A stretch of DNA of 64,000 nucleotides from a virus, in IMG/VR virus record IMGVR_UViG_3300020473_000017. One strand, given 5' to 3'. How positions within the stretch are numbered: position 1 is the first letter of the stretch; each line of letters opens with the position of its first letter. This document shows, piece after piece, positions 57,801 through 64,000 of the stretch. The notes under the pieces are model-generated. The model was not told where the DNA came from. It saw only the letters and a list, made by a program, of their open reading frames with translations, and searched no databases. Made by a program: the position numbers and the translations under genes.

Positions 57801-60264
57801 CAACAGCAGTTGCAGTTGCTCCTGCACCATTACCACCAGTAATTATAATTGTTGGTAATCCAGCAGCCTGTGTATATCCACTTCCAGAGTTGGTGACTGT
57901 GATTCCAGTAACCTTACCCTCAGTTATCTGTGCAACAGCAGTTGCCTGTGTACTACTGGATGCACCACCTCCACTAATAGAGACACTTGGTTCACTTGTG
58001 TACCCGCCACCCCCATTTGTAACGTTAATAGAAATAACTCTACCGTCTACCTCTGCAGTTGCAGATGCAGCAAGACCTAAGTAAGTCCATTCAATAGTTC
58101 CTAGAGTTACATTACCAGATGTATGTGTTGGATACAATGTATTGCTACTTTGCCCTACATTCTTAGATTGATATCTCTTTCCACCCCATTTAACAACTAT
58201 TCCACTAGCATAGTTGGTTGCAAGCTTATAATCTGGTTCAAATTCAACTGTAGGTGGGTTTTGAATATCATATCCATCTCCACCTGAATTTTTAGTGATT
58301 GATTTTAATCCACCATACTTTCTAGTAGTACTTCCCTTATATGAGAATAAAGGAACGCCATTAGCACCAATTCCAACTTGACCTATAGGAGTTGGAGTCT
58401 TTGTACTCTTAGTAGATGTCTGTAATGGTATTCTCTTAAGATATCTCTGGTTTCCTGGATCTATATCAGCTGCTGCGAAAGGTCCAATCTTATGTGATGG
58501 TATACCTGTACTAGCTACAATACAATCTGTTGATGACTTGTAGGTATTACTGGTATCTGCAATAAACTTGGAAACTATAGCATTATAGGAATAGTCAGAT
58601 GATCCATATGCAAATTCTCTAGCAATAAAGAATTCCTTACCTGCTAATATCGGAGCAGCAGGAGTTGACGAGAGAACAAATTCAAAAATGTAATTATCAA
58701 CAATACCAATCACATCATGTTGGTTGTTGTAGATATCTTCCTCAGCATTAAGGATTCTAACCTTATCATCTCTTCTTAATTGATGCTTTTCCTTTGTTGT
58801 AACAGTTACCCTAACAGCACCATTAGGATCGGGTGTTCCTAGGGTTGCTGTAACCCCTCTAAGTGCTCTTCTGACGTTATATACAAAAGAACTCCATATT
58901 GGGTCAAGACTATCGAAACCAGGTGCTAGAGGGGTCGTAACCTTACTTTGTGGAAGGTAATACTTACCACCTTTTGATATATTAACACCTCTGGTTCCAC
59001 CATAGACCTTTAATTGGATTTCAGACCCATCTACGTTGCTTTTACCGTAAATCTTGTATGCAGCAAAAACTTCTTGCCCTGCATCATGTGCTACATTGAG
59101 TGTACTCTCTCTAGCACGATTACAACCTAAAAATTGGTTAACCGTTTTGTCAGTATAGCTAATAATTTCATCTTCAATTCTAAATCGACCATTTTTCTCT
59201 GGCCAACCTAATGTAGAATCAACAGTAATGATATCATCACTTAAACTACCAGTTAAATCCGCAGCAAGAATTGATTTGTAAGGAGTTACAAAAGTTCCAA
59301 GTGCATTATTGGTATCTACGTCAACTTCAAAGATTGAACCAGTCTGAGTGAATACTTCAACAACACCTTTAACGTATATACGTGCTGCATTGATACTTGG
59401 ATCATTTGCATCAGCTTCTTGGTATAAAACTTCCCCAACAAGTTCAGTTGGATCTCCTGTTATAGCAACACAGCGAATTACTTCCCTAGAAGTGTAATAT
59501 GCGTCCGATGGTTTGAAAATTCGGTCTCTTGGATAAGAAATTTCTGATTCTACGCCAAAAATCGTTCTCAAAACAAATTGGAACGATCTTGTAGACCCTT
59601 TAGAAGCATAAAAGTCCTTAATTCGCTTAATTACGGTACTTTCAGTAAGTCCAGAGTAAAAATTCTTCGGATAAGTGGATAAAAGCAGTTCTTTGAACTG
59701 TCCCAACATGAAAAGTGGGAACAGGTTGTTCAAATTAACAACTTTTGACCCAAGAACGTGTTCTGTGGGAGTTGTTGATGAGAAAATGAAGTCTCCTGCC
59801 TCTCCAATTGCTTTTACAGCATCAAAACCCCTTGAACAGGTATTAAAAAGGGTTGCACCCTTACTTTGGTAGTAAATTATCTCATCATCTATTAAAATTA
59901 GTCCCTCACTGGGAAAATCACGAGTTGAAGTAACGTCAACAGTAGTAGAAGAGGTAGTTACCGTCGAAATTGTTGTTGTTTCAGTAACTAGGTTACCATA
60001 ATTGTCAAGATTATAATAATCAGCCCAATTATTGATTATATCTAAGCAATATCCCTTTAATTCTTGTGATTGATAGTATGCTTTAACGAACTCTATGAAT
60101 GTAGGAAAGCTATCCTGTATAAAACTGGCAAATTGGCCAGTAATACTATCAGATATCTGCGATCTAGATTCAGGACTTACTTCCGATGGAACTGGTGTTG
60201 TCGTGACCGTCGTAGTCGGAGTAGTCCACGACCCTACTTTCCAGGATGAATTCGATTGAGCCAT
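45856..60264 (-). CDS. gp7: Baseplate wedge initiator gp7, giant multidomain form, 4802 aa
   Basis: Position between gp6 and gp8. FIEFVKAYY, IKDFYASKGS..SF..V.R.IFG, DS..FQEFSYEI and HPAGFKV.G. Also carries a YHYH-like domain and nested repeats. Confidence 0.85.
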   Translation of the reverse strand: MAQSNSSWKVGSWTTPTTTVTTTPVPSEVSPESRSQISDSITGQFASFIQDSFPTFIEFVKAYYQSQELKGYCLDIINNWADYYNLDNYGNLVTETTTISTVTTSSTTVDVTSTRDFPSEGLILIDDEIIYYQSKGATLFNTCSRGFDAVKAIGEAGDFIFSSTTPTEHVLGSKVVNLNNLFPLFMLGQFKELLLSTYPKNFYSGLTESTVIKRIKDFYASKGSTRSFQFVLRTIFGVESEISYPRDRIFKPSDAYYTSREVIRCVAITGDPTELVGEVLYQEADANDPSINAARIYVKGVVEVFTQTGSIFEVDVDTNNALGTFVTPYKSILAADLTGSLSDDIITVDSTLGWPEKNGRFRIEDEIISYTDKTVNQFLGCNRARESTLNVAHDAGQEVFAAYKIYGKSNVDGSEIQLKVYGGTRGVNISKGGKYYLPQSKVTTPLAPGFDSLDPIWSSFVYNVRRALRGVTATLGTPDPNGAVRVTVTTKEKHQLRRDDKVRILNAEEDIYNNQHDVIGIVDNYIFEFVLSSTPAAPILAGKEFFIAREFAYGSSDYSYNAIVSKFIADTSNTYKSSTDCIVASTGIPSHKIGPFAAADIDPGNQRYLKRIPLQTSTKSTKTPTPIGQVGIGANGVPLFSYKGSTTRKYGGLKSITKNSGGDGYDIQNPPTVEFEPDYKLATNYASGIVVKWGGKRYQSKNVGQSSNTLYPTHTSGNVTLGTIEWTYLGLAASATAEVDGRVISINVTNGGGGYTSEPSVSISGGGASSSTQATAVAQITEGKVTGITVTNSGSGYTQAAGLPTIIITGGNGAGATATAVVRGPLKDITITAAGSQYTYEPVIKLISGSGAVAYPSILNGKIESAIVTFGGSGYFGAPDVVITGDGVGATAFAQVDLSQNIVTGIVVTNKGIGYTVGNTNISIVYPGTGASFTTKLTELTFNESATATEVGQVSFNARKVTDQSSGAVMEGENSGIYGGEYGYLYNPKNLRYYLADNIEPDTDPNNPPWKELNPTKHSPIIGWAYDGHPIYGPYGYEDPENQNPYNAYSQPGTSYRLKTSRDALLSGLADPMGTFIEDYEYVEGLGGLDQYNGRFCVTPEFPDGVYAYFCTIDGISGNPKFPYFVGPNFYSEADEVNWDGNGLQKNFTEDSIRYKAPYIGTDNITTKRKQLDNKVDFVLALEDTTTLITLETGEILQYVEDGIGYFSYYPVIRGGIAESLTVSSTNQYSSANIDQYLVEGGGTGYKVNDRLLFDNSTSGGEGVSAAISAVTGTTVSSLNYAVDDDDVVTATLTTSDKHYLVGDDQLTITIADNSSTRSLNTKIINNKYHFEYFDLVSMKLIGPWTNSTAYAKNDLVYVANRVYKAAAAGTSDSGAGNAPTHLSGTASDGTLSWTYVRTRTDGNLVQGGWSSITGGSGYENGTYTDVPLTTNNSGRNAKATIVISGGAITTVTITEFGTAYNVGDTISASDQNLGNGGGSSFSITLTETLREAVCHTSLAHQVAIGDTVNISGVSPSTYDKTDYEVIRTETLRRFTVKRNHGSTAAATVTSADVYVQEPKLELIDGHSYTFDTSDASNVGKTLAFTLDPANTDIFTYKNISAETSNAQTGQQTSITILMTDLPGIFYYFDIQGTIAGSYLTVMNEPLSGTNIVKDVTDLNFTYIVGKEPESGYTSGINYVTTSIYPTGGIGKISIGDSGRNYSSLPKLTGSTRSGSGATAVATISGSVSGVTIANMGSGYNPAGAPVAYVTLPDFVDLTLTEVLGSGSFAKDEIVISEPVLGAQTARGKVINWDPTTSILRIQPLRNNLKDGAGNFSAATRGWIMYTPWASNNARGKVYSSDAEAKVTTVGGIHANVQAVIPSSGPNVGKLESVSIIAAGSNYRAAPTIDLDDPTYGLVNTVSITTQSSTNYTTGTYTGVAQKSVAPTGGTNVEFTVIVNGAGTIESITVTDGGSTYALGDVITISGASMGGTDVTHDATVTVDKLTHLDPAITNCVLNASIDAITVTNTGSGYLSAPNVDVSGGSGINAKFNSSIVNEGVSSINIEDGGTLYQNAPVVNITQKTGKGASLLLKSSDLGKILKIGGDNITFNYSHDRTLKPELNTTYNLQLTRTQVIDYLDVTNGGQNFVSQPTIVLTGGSGSLYQLEAIVENEVIQSVEVRNGGRGFLSAPVVNARVTHNWVALMSNSTLNFPYNTKMPTGTAVTLNEVVGTFPAPLAINTTYYVVAANGSNGLANNQVKLATSEANAIANTPTTITFTSAPVGDANGLTTFTLDTTDLGDVITAYMRPATFLVGERVYQGASTASYTAFGYVKNWDPAGRVVSVEISEGEFKVGEPIFGEESSSFGSIHAFDRADAVFEVSPISISSSQWERTTGFLDINEQRLYDSNRFQEFSYEISSPINIRDWKNPLKFAAHPAGFKVVGTQILSQASKKSYRGKPTLDLLTTSSTDWWVPGSNSISATFNGLTYVTPKPSAKNTGKLATINNFALGKPDYTAAVPTEVQIFGRQLLDIQKILTCVSYKVDDITSRDISFDGASSSVVDLSNNRITLTNHGLVENQTVTFRGDIGGLTTGTVYYVDVIDANTISLKSSLGGSTVVLSSLSVGTHTFVSCNTDGIVANNGSFFNPTNVVYTPADGNLVIHSAGHGLNTNNKISIADDALTLTCLMDNNATNHTYPRSTDPIGHGGKILDITATTNDTFTVNVGSTAAINKFTVGIDGVNTQFTTRVDNTLITTKISKTSVKSQFLVIIDGIVQNPNNYTFASDVITFSTAPKVGSSALVMYYDRASYTSSFQLDQIGDELKTLDTGMSGSAAHTYVGGTATNAVTVVSDSNTQKNVTNATYTPATGLLELTIGSHSYTTSDTIQIADSSLKFTCAADNHASTHAYPRPSDEAFGATLAITAETATTITVQVNTNLSPVRDTSDGLTAGTGYADGTYANIPLFNKIGTGVGATGDIVVVDGGVKNVVLNNPGNGYTDNDILGISPIGKPLTNSYVPSTASYTPSTGVLELTVGEHTLTAPTTTTVTDADYNPTTGIMTVTVVAHGLKAGDQVKFADGSLKLSCAFGGASGTAAQKDYPRNTDYASDRWLEVSNITTNTFDVTVLDTIPSTNTDAHSFVSAVASGLSIATSTVKFSNNSLNFTCTQGGGVHSYPRSSDPISGKNVPVDAISSTTFTVNALNGTAATNTTTHTFDSLATYQYQPSYCDYDATTGIMEVWATAHGLSNGDFVQFAADGLTFKCSRDGYATNHTYPRSTDPAAGNWLNVFEVSTNNFKVNIGQAVEKAMTPTSATFNASTGALSMSVENHGLTAATSHTATGASFNTTTGIVTIEVNNHGFKAGDKVKLKDGAITFSCTHGSGGQTAYPRSTDPISGKWITIRAVNPDTFDIQCLDDTPCTNTTTHTFVSGLADGILYATSFVSIDDDALTFTCSMDDDFSRHSYPAAGDRSSKAVIGVESVTSDTFTVDVGASPEVAFTPTAATYTATTGDLQLTIGSHSLEVGNSINIDVNSLMFRCDMENDGTLASGNLTSLGATLHNYPRVTDPAAKTNQYITATTGTTITVNVGTSPIVNYQPTGAALNLANGDLDLTVGGHKFRGYDTFTPTDIAYDPATGVATLTIKGHTINKGDYVQIAKESLTFTCTAGAGNHSYPRVTDPAYRSWLQVLAVTNDTIQLNFYVATGATGQAHTFVSASDNCVQRKGDTIKLADGGIVMSCDNGGVSNQSYPRTDTISYTPTDADYDPATGIMTVTHGGGAAAFVNGDQVKFDDSAIVFTCTQGGGTHAYPRATDPASGRWLTIWDADDTTFKVQVLDSIPSTNVTVHTFDSAVSNGLKKKKDWAYDRPIPIKSVGYTSHAVTAAVYVPSTGVLTSTVAGHGFSNGDYIKVNQGALKFTCNKDSNATVKSYPTLEDPNYDEWMLVSNVTTDTFDINVGVAGPNGQHAHTFVPEGKLTPTVAAYDPLTGVFTITINNHGFIAGDEIKIDDDTFRFTCNEDFHTSFHNYPRSTDPISGQWVKIYNVTTNTFDIQVLNSVPSTNTTAHTFISAVSNSITRATVKKQTGVITINTNNRDSAITHQYAHSFVSAGATAVIAGGNYTHTFIQATTNAIKSGGDHTHTFVNATPGSVKTGFAHQFVSASANSVTRSLVQSGGYEYDKLADAGRLIRENLDFIATTAYGRMMATNSTFVVPSFVKCIRDTKLITEAVANNIEFGGNDATYDAAKYYVGTVHLQGEEDQTVLVFNHARDIAREVMRNISVTTNHYTEGAQYKDLTITNDSGNATYDTNDCTDVASAITTLTAIVTQAVGTTSGGAGNLTGITRTSSSNPEFQVEVGTVAFDGTDKIFSAKVAGSNYALPASDNFLIFLNSILQIKGSTEAYTYTGSTISFTEAPTSGMDFYGFYFGKLQLLDTIAPFFDNARKTFVMTLNSEPFSLQSDNSSVEPANNVMIFLNGVFQEPGVAYQLNGSIIEFFEAPRAGSTCSLYIYVGSAEDIFISNTFNSLDPNDRVMVKSEGEDRLLATVSSATSVDTYEYTGLRPTVANFECTINNGKVDTVSILDGGSNYEVPPILYFQGGSGTGASAETVVQSGSGTVTSIVNLNGGAGYLTPPTVFAVHPVHIERKSRDRIISNTLALANTYLASSISAVDTTLTCKNIYFDVSQNIGFPDEGEVLIPYYNPATDSSGNVIGWTCERILYGSKNTSANTLTVATGGRGYGGTTAFAISIQTGTYSSSGTVSTITTSAAHNLTTGMSIYLDHTSGDGFDGAYKVTVTAVDTFTVEYPFSRTTSGNVSLLPEVRLRSL
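47810..51282 (-). repeat. Block of 11 nested ~95-aa YPR/HxF beta repeats in gp7; two solitary copies at about 51510-51820 and 52140-52440
   Basis: 11 opening segments, 11 C...YP motifs and 11 HxF closing segments counted in the translation. Confidence 0.88.
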
Positions 60265-60272
60265 GCGTTTTA

Positions 60273-62156
60273 TTAATTATAGCTGGACTCTGGTACAACT
60301 CCCGTACCAGATAGGTTTGAACCGCTACTGATGGTGTCTTCCACAACACTTACAGTCGTATTATCTATACCTAATGTCAAATAGGTTTCACGCAAAGAAA
60401 CAAGATCATTGGATTCTGGAACTGCTGAAAGTTGAAGAATGTTACCTGATGTTATTGTGGTTGAAATTATTATGTCATTAATGACAATTTCACCCATATC
60501 ATAGTCAACAGTACCTACGTCAGCAGTACTGTATTCAAATGCACCAGTGTCTTTAATATAATAAAGTCTCAATTTACCTAAACCATCATCATTGATGAAG
60601 TAAGTATTGATTGTATCACCAGCAATTTTAAATCCTGAAGAAGAAACCGTAGGTTCTGTCGAGGTTCCTTGGTTAATTCTGTTACCATAACAGATTTTAT
60701 AGTTCACACGAGCGTTTAAATCAACTGTTACGTTCTTTCTCATCTTGAGACGAGTGATATTCGATGTAATTGATCCATCTGCACCATCAATTATACTCTG
60801 AAGTTTAGAGTATTTGAACTTTCCACCGAATTTATTGAATTCAGATCCTGTATTAAGCGCAGTTAGTGTTGCAATAACTGCATTTTGCACTTCATCTCTC
60901 AATTTACGTGTAATATTTGGATTATAGTACACAAAACTGTTCATATCGATGTATAAAATCGATGGATCAATGATTGAAGGTTGAATTGCTGCTACAGAAT
61001 ACTCTCTAAGCTTCTTCAAAATAACATTTTTCTCGGAAAGAGATAATTTATCCGCATTTTTTGGTTTGATTGCCAAAAATACCTTTCCATATTCAGGTGG
61101 AGACGCTTCTTCACCACCATAACACGCAATTGAAGCAACGTTAGGATAAATTTGAGGAACAATTGCCTCATAATCCTGCGTTGAAACTGCTCTACCGAAT
61201 GCAGAGTAGAATTTAGGCGCAGAAAACTTAATTCCTTCCTTAGATTCTGCTGGAGCACCGCCTTCTGGACGTTTATCCAGTGTAATAGTGATTCCAGAGG
61301 TCAAAGAATTCGCTTCATCATCTAAAAATGTACCAATATTAGTGAAAGTAAGCAATCCATTAGCTCCCATTCCACTAGAAGTGGTATAAGTGACGCTAAT
61401 TACATCACCATTGAGCAAATCTTTACCAATTGTACCGTCTCCGAACATAATTTCGGGTCTTTGATACTCAGATTCCTCTAAAAAGAAGACTTTTGATGTA
61501 GAATCTATCTTAGTAATGTCTGTTGCTTGTAAATAACGCTCTGTAATAGTACCAGAACTGACCTGAACCTTCATTGAGGAAGTATCTGCGTTCTGATTCG
61601 TTAGAATAAAACGTTGTCTTTCATTAACATTGCGTACAAATGTGTCTGTTAGGTAAACACCTTCATAAACTATAAGATTTGAGAAGGTTGCAATACCTGT
61701 TGTACTATCCACAGACACGATAACATCAGATGGAACAGAGAAGACGAAGTTATTATTGTCTAAACCTGTGAAATTTAATACTAATCCTTGTGAAAGTGTA
61801 ACCGTTTTTGGATATCCTTTTGTAATTACACCCTGTGCATTGGTTGTAACATTGGTTTGAACCTGAATTGTAACCGTTGCTTGTGAAGAACGAGCTGATT
61901 TTGGTGTATAACCAATCATCCTTGCCAATTTTACGACATTTTCACGTAAAACTGCGGTCTCTAGGAACCCTTCATTAACTGCAAGGTTGGCATTTACACT
62001 TGTATAGTAAGTATTATATGCTAAAGTATCAATTAAGACAGTCAATGATGACCCTTCAAAGTCATAATCACTAAACTCTGACTGTGCCTTTAGATAATCT
62101 TTAATTTGTGCCTTGATTTCGTTGAACTCAAGAGCATTGACTTGTTTAAATGCCAT
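60273..62156 (-). CDS. gp6: Baseplate wedge subunit gp6
   Basis: FSDYDFEGS.L..LID.LAYNT, A..IGY.PKS, RAVS..DY and GGEE..PP.YGKVF.AIKP. Confidence 0.95.
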   Translation of the reverse strand: MAFKQVNALEFNEIKAQIKDYLKAQSEFSDYDFEGSSLTVLIDTLAYNTYYTSVNANLAVNEGFLETAVLRENVVKLARMIGYTPKSARSSQATVTIQVQTNVTTNAQGVITKGYPKTVTLSQGLVLNFTGLDNNNFVFSVPSDVIVSVDSTTGIATFSNLIVYEGVYLTDTFVRNVNERQRFILTNQNADTSSMKVQVSSGTITERYLQATDITKIDSTSKVFFLEESEYQRPEIMFGDGTIGKDLLNGDVISVTYTTSSGMGANGLLTFTNIGTFLDDEANSLTSGITITLDKRPEGGAPAESKEGIKFSAPKFYSAFGRAVSTQDYEAIVPQIYPNVASIACYGGEEASPPEYGKVFLAIKPKNADKLSLSEKNVILKKLREYSVAAIQPSIIDPSILYIDMNSFVYYNPNITRKLRDEVQNAVIATLTALNTGSEFNKFGGKFKYSKLQSIIDGADGSITSNITRLKMRKNVTVDLNARVNYKICYGNRINQGTSTEPTVSSSGFKIAGDTINTYFINDDGLGKLRLYYIKDTGAFEYSTADVGTVDYDMGEIVINDIIISTTITSGNILQLSAVPESNDLVSLRETYLTLGIDNTTVSVVEDTISSGSNLSGTGVVPESSYN

Positions 62157-62545
62157 TATGGTTTCAATGCTATATCGACTGAATCTTGTAAAGGTGGAAT
62201 TCCCAATATCACATAATTAATAGACACATCCAATTGGTTACGATTCTCTTCCCATTGGGTATCAATATCTATAACTGCAACCCTTGGCTCATGTAAGTTG
62301 ATAATTTCTTCAAGATTATCAGTTATTTCATTCTCAAGATCAGGACTAGCATTTTCAAATAACAGTCCTATAATGTTACCACCAAAGAAAGGATCAAATG
62401 GTTTCTCATAAAAGTTATATAATACTATATTTCTCACACTAGCCTTAATAGCTGATTCATTAGTCAGTGCCAAAACATCGTTTGTCACTGCGTTCTTTTC
62501 AAAAGTCAAGCTGAAGTCGCGGAAGGACTTCGATATAATAGCCAT
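62156..62545 (-). CDS. gp25: Baseplate wedge subunit gp25
   Basis: AIK.SVRNIV.....EKPFDP.FG......LFE and EPRV. Directly upstream of gp6. Confidence 0.93.
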   Translation of the reverse strand: MAIISKSFRDFSLTFEKNAVTNDVLALTNESAIKASVRNIVLYNFYEKPFDPFFGGNIIGLLFENASPDLENEITDNLEEIINLHEPRVAVIDIDTQWEENRNQLDVSINYVILGIPPLQDSVDIALKP

Positions 62546-62569
62546 CCTTTACGGAATTAACCTTCTTTA

Positions 62570-62577
62570 TATTTATA
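62570..62577 (-). promoter_or_regulatory. T4-type late promoter TATAAATA
   Basis: Exact consensus, intergenic, 25 nt before the gp25 ATG. Confidence 0.85.
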
Positions 62578-62585
62578 CCCGTTAT

Positions 62586-62879
62586 TCAGACTTGATAGAA
62601 AGTATACTTTAAGAAGAGCTCCTGACCCTTTTTAATTGGTTTAATAGTCGTCATATGATATATCTTACCCCATCCCTGATCTTCATACCCTTTAACGCAG
62701 TTAGGGTCATCATTATGATTCACAAAACCTCCTAAAGGGGTTCTCATAATTTGTTCATCTACCACAACATGTGATATACCAAGATAGATGTTATCTGGTA
62801 TATCCTCTTTAGCAAAGATGCCTTGTCCTGCGACAGGGCTATCTTTGATGTGTAGGCACTTAGGCAATGCTTGATACAT
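62586..62879 (-). CDS. Minimal SET-domain protein (lysine methyltransferase fold), 97 aa
   Basis: S...GQGIFA..DI, FVNH.DDPNC and IKKGQEL...Y. Start moved to the ATG at 62879, which forms a TAATG overlap with the upstream stop. Confidence 0.85.
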   Translation of the reverse strand: MYQALPKCLHIKDSPVAGQGIFAKEDIPDNIYLGISHVVVDEQIMRTPLGGFVNHNDDPNCVKGYEDQGWGKIYHMTTIKPIKKGQELFLKYTFYQV

Positions 62880-63457
62880 TATAATGAAAATCCTGCTTCT
62901 ATGTCTAACCATCCAGTAATGATGGTCTTTTCTAATTTCTCGTCAATAACTCCTCTATGAGTATGTGTCCATTCGGCTGGCCATATCACAGTAGCACCCT
63001 TCTTGGCAGGGATATACTTATCCTGATACTTCCATTCAGTTCCACCGTCAGGATTATCAGAAAGGTACGTCATCCATACTAGAAATCGTTCTCTATTTAT
63101 TCTCTGCATACCTCTTTCATAATGCCATGTTCTATAACCCTGATTGGGTTTATATCTCTGTATGTTAAACATTGGAGATACATGACAATCAAGTTCACCT
63201 GCTTGTGGATATGTACGATAATAATCTTTTAGACAATCCATCAAACTCAGCATATACGTGTCAAGAACTTTTTCATTCTTAGCAAGCATGGTATGACAGT
63301 GCATATCTGTAGATGTTTTACCTGTTGCCTGAAGGTGTCTCTGAGAATATAATCCGTTATATTCTATTTTTGGTAAGTAGGTACATGTTTCATAGAACTC
63401 TACTATTTTATCACATATACCTACATCTATCTCACCTTCCCAGATGAAATTATGCAT
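62879..63457 (-). CDS. 2OG-Fe(II) oxygenase, prolyl-hydroxylase-like cyanophage family
   Basis: FNIQRY.P..GY..WHYE, LVWMTYL.D..DGGTE and VIWPA.WTHTHRG.....K.IITGW. Confidence 0.9.
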   Translation of the reverse strand: MHNFIWEGEIDVGICDKIVEFYETCTYLPKIEYNGLYSQRHLQATGKTSTDMHCHTMLAKNEKVLDTYMLSLMDCLKDYYRTYPQAGELDCHVSPMFNIQRYKPNQGYRTWHYERGMQRINRERFLVWMTYLSDNPDGGTEWKYQDKYIPAKKGATVIWPAEWTHTHRGVIDEKLEKTIITGWLDIEAGFSL

Positions 63458-63606
63458 TATCTGCCCTGTCCTCTATATCTCTTCTTTGCACCATTACGAC
63501 TGGTAGCAGAGAACTTACTATGTTGACCTCTACCTTGTCTTGTCTTCTTGGGAATTGCTTCCGATTTAACAGTAGTACCGAAACCACCTGCTTTTGTTTT
63601 TGCCAT
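63457..63606 (-). CDS. Small Lys/Arg/Gly-rich basic protein, 49 aa, not in the ORF track
   Basis: Manual translation MAKTKAGGFGTTVKSEAIPKKTRQGRGQHSKFSATSRNGAKKRYRGQGR. Fills the gap exactly, with a TAATG overlap downstream. Confidence 0.85.
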   Translation of the reverse strand: MAKTKAGGFGTTVKSEAIPKKTRQGRGQHSKFSATSRNGAKKRYRGQGR

Positions 63607-63608
63607 AA

Positions 63609-63893
63609 TTAACCACCTGCGAATACGTTGGGTGAACCTTCAGCAACACTAGTACATGTTGCATCCCCTATTCTACCACATCCTTTGCCATTTACAAATA
63701 CGGTTGTACTTCCTGTTGTAATTGCTACTGCATGGGAAGGACATATAGGTGCTGGTAATAAGTGTGATGTATTAACGTCTCCTTGACGAGAGATAGGTAT
63801 GTTATTGCAGAAGACATCAGGAGATCCCTCTGCTCTGGTCATTCCAGAACAATGTGAAACGTCTGCATCGCCTATTCTAGTTACTGCTGGCAT
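63609..63893 (-). CDS. gp5.4: PAAR-domain spike tip protein (gp5.4-like)
   Basis: MPAVTRIGD, GS.DVF.N....R.GD, H......C..H, GS.TVFVNG...RIGD...C. Confidence 0.92.
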   Translation of the reverse strand: MPAVTRIGDADVSHCSGMTRAEGSPDVFCNNIPISRQGDVNTSHLLPAPICPSHAVAITTGSTTVFVNGKGCGRIGDATCTSVAEGSPNVFAGG

Positions 63894-64000
63894 TGTTCAC
63901 TACCTCCTTGAAAATCGTGAATACTTTCTGATCCACCTATTGCAAATGGATTGTACTTAGCAGTAGCGATCCTATACATCTTCTCATGCATAGTAACTAC
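63881..64000 (-). CDS. Hypothetical protein, 3' end only
   Basis: Open frame VVTMHEKMYRIATAKYNPFAIGGSESIHDFQGGSEQCQQ-stop overlapping the PAAR start. Confidence 0.6.
   Translation of the reverse strand, partial: VVTMHEKMYRIATAKYNPFAIGGSESIHDFQGGSEQCQQ

Noticed and set aside
636-59872. Many short plus-strand ORFs and short alternative-frame minus-strand ORFs in the track
   Set aside because: They lie over long minus-strand genes, carry no recognisable motifs, and are expected shadows of biased codon usage.
13781-60264. Inteins or introns as the cause of the giant ORFs
   Set aside because: No Hint-domain splice motifs or homing endonuclease motifs were recognised, the frames are uninterrupted, and the inserts are structural repeats.
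58600-62100. Apparently more A/T runs and CG dinucleotides in the 5' part of gp7 and in gp6
   Set aside because: This is a visual impression only. A sliding-window codon or k-mer analysis is needed before claiming mosaicism or an origin.
62880-62912. 11-codon N-terminal extension of the SET ORF given in the track
   Set aside because: It overlaps the oxygenase gene. The ATG at 62879 gives a TAATG coupling like the neighbouring genes.
1-64000. tRNAs, structured ncRNAs and rho-independent terminators
   Set aside because: Intergenic gaps are about 40 nt or shorter, and no convincing cloverleaf or hairpin plus U-tract was found by eye.

Overview
AT-rich, fully minus-strand late (virion) region of a T4-like marine myovirus, most similar in gene content to cyanophages. 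Transcription runs from high to low coordinates: PAAR (gp5.4), a small basic protein, a 2OG-Fe(II) oxygenase and a SET-domain protein; baseplate gp25, gp6, a giant gp7 (4802 aa) and gp8; a VrlC-like protein; a fibre cluster including 2428-aa and 4421-aa proteins; small receptor-binding-type proteins; a U32/methyltransferase fusion; a class III aminotransferase; a subtilase with Ig repeats; and the start of neck gp13. Several T4-type late promoters (TATAAATA and variants) are present. The most striking observation is that gp7 and the 4421-aa fibre are built by recursive domain insertion. A ~95-aa His/Cys-containing beta repeat sits inside other copies of itself up to 7 levels deep, with opening and closing segments that balance like parentheses, and in the fibre that nest lies inside nested helical repeats inside a split beta-helix. 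Two enzyme cassettes are also of interest: the U32-methyltransferase cassette, and the basic peptide/2OG oxygenase/SET trio. All family calls come from motifs read by eye; no searches were run.
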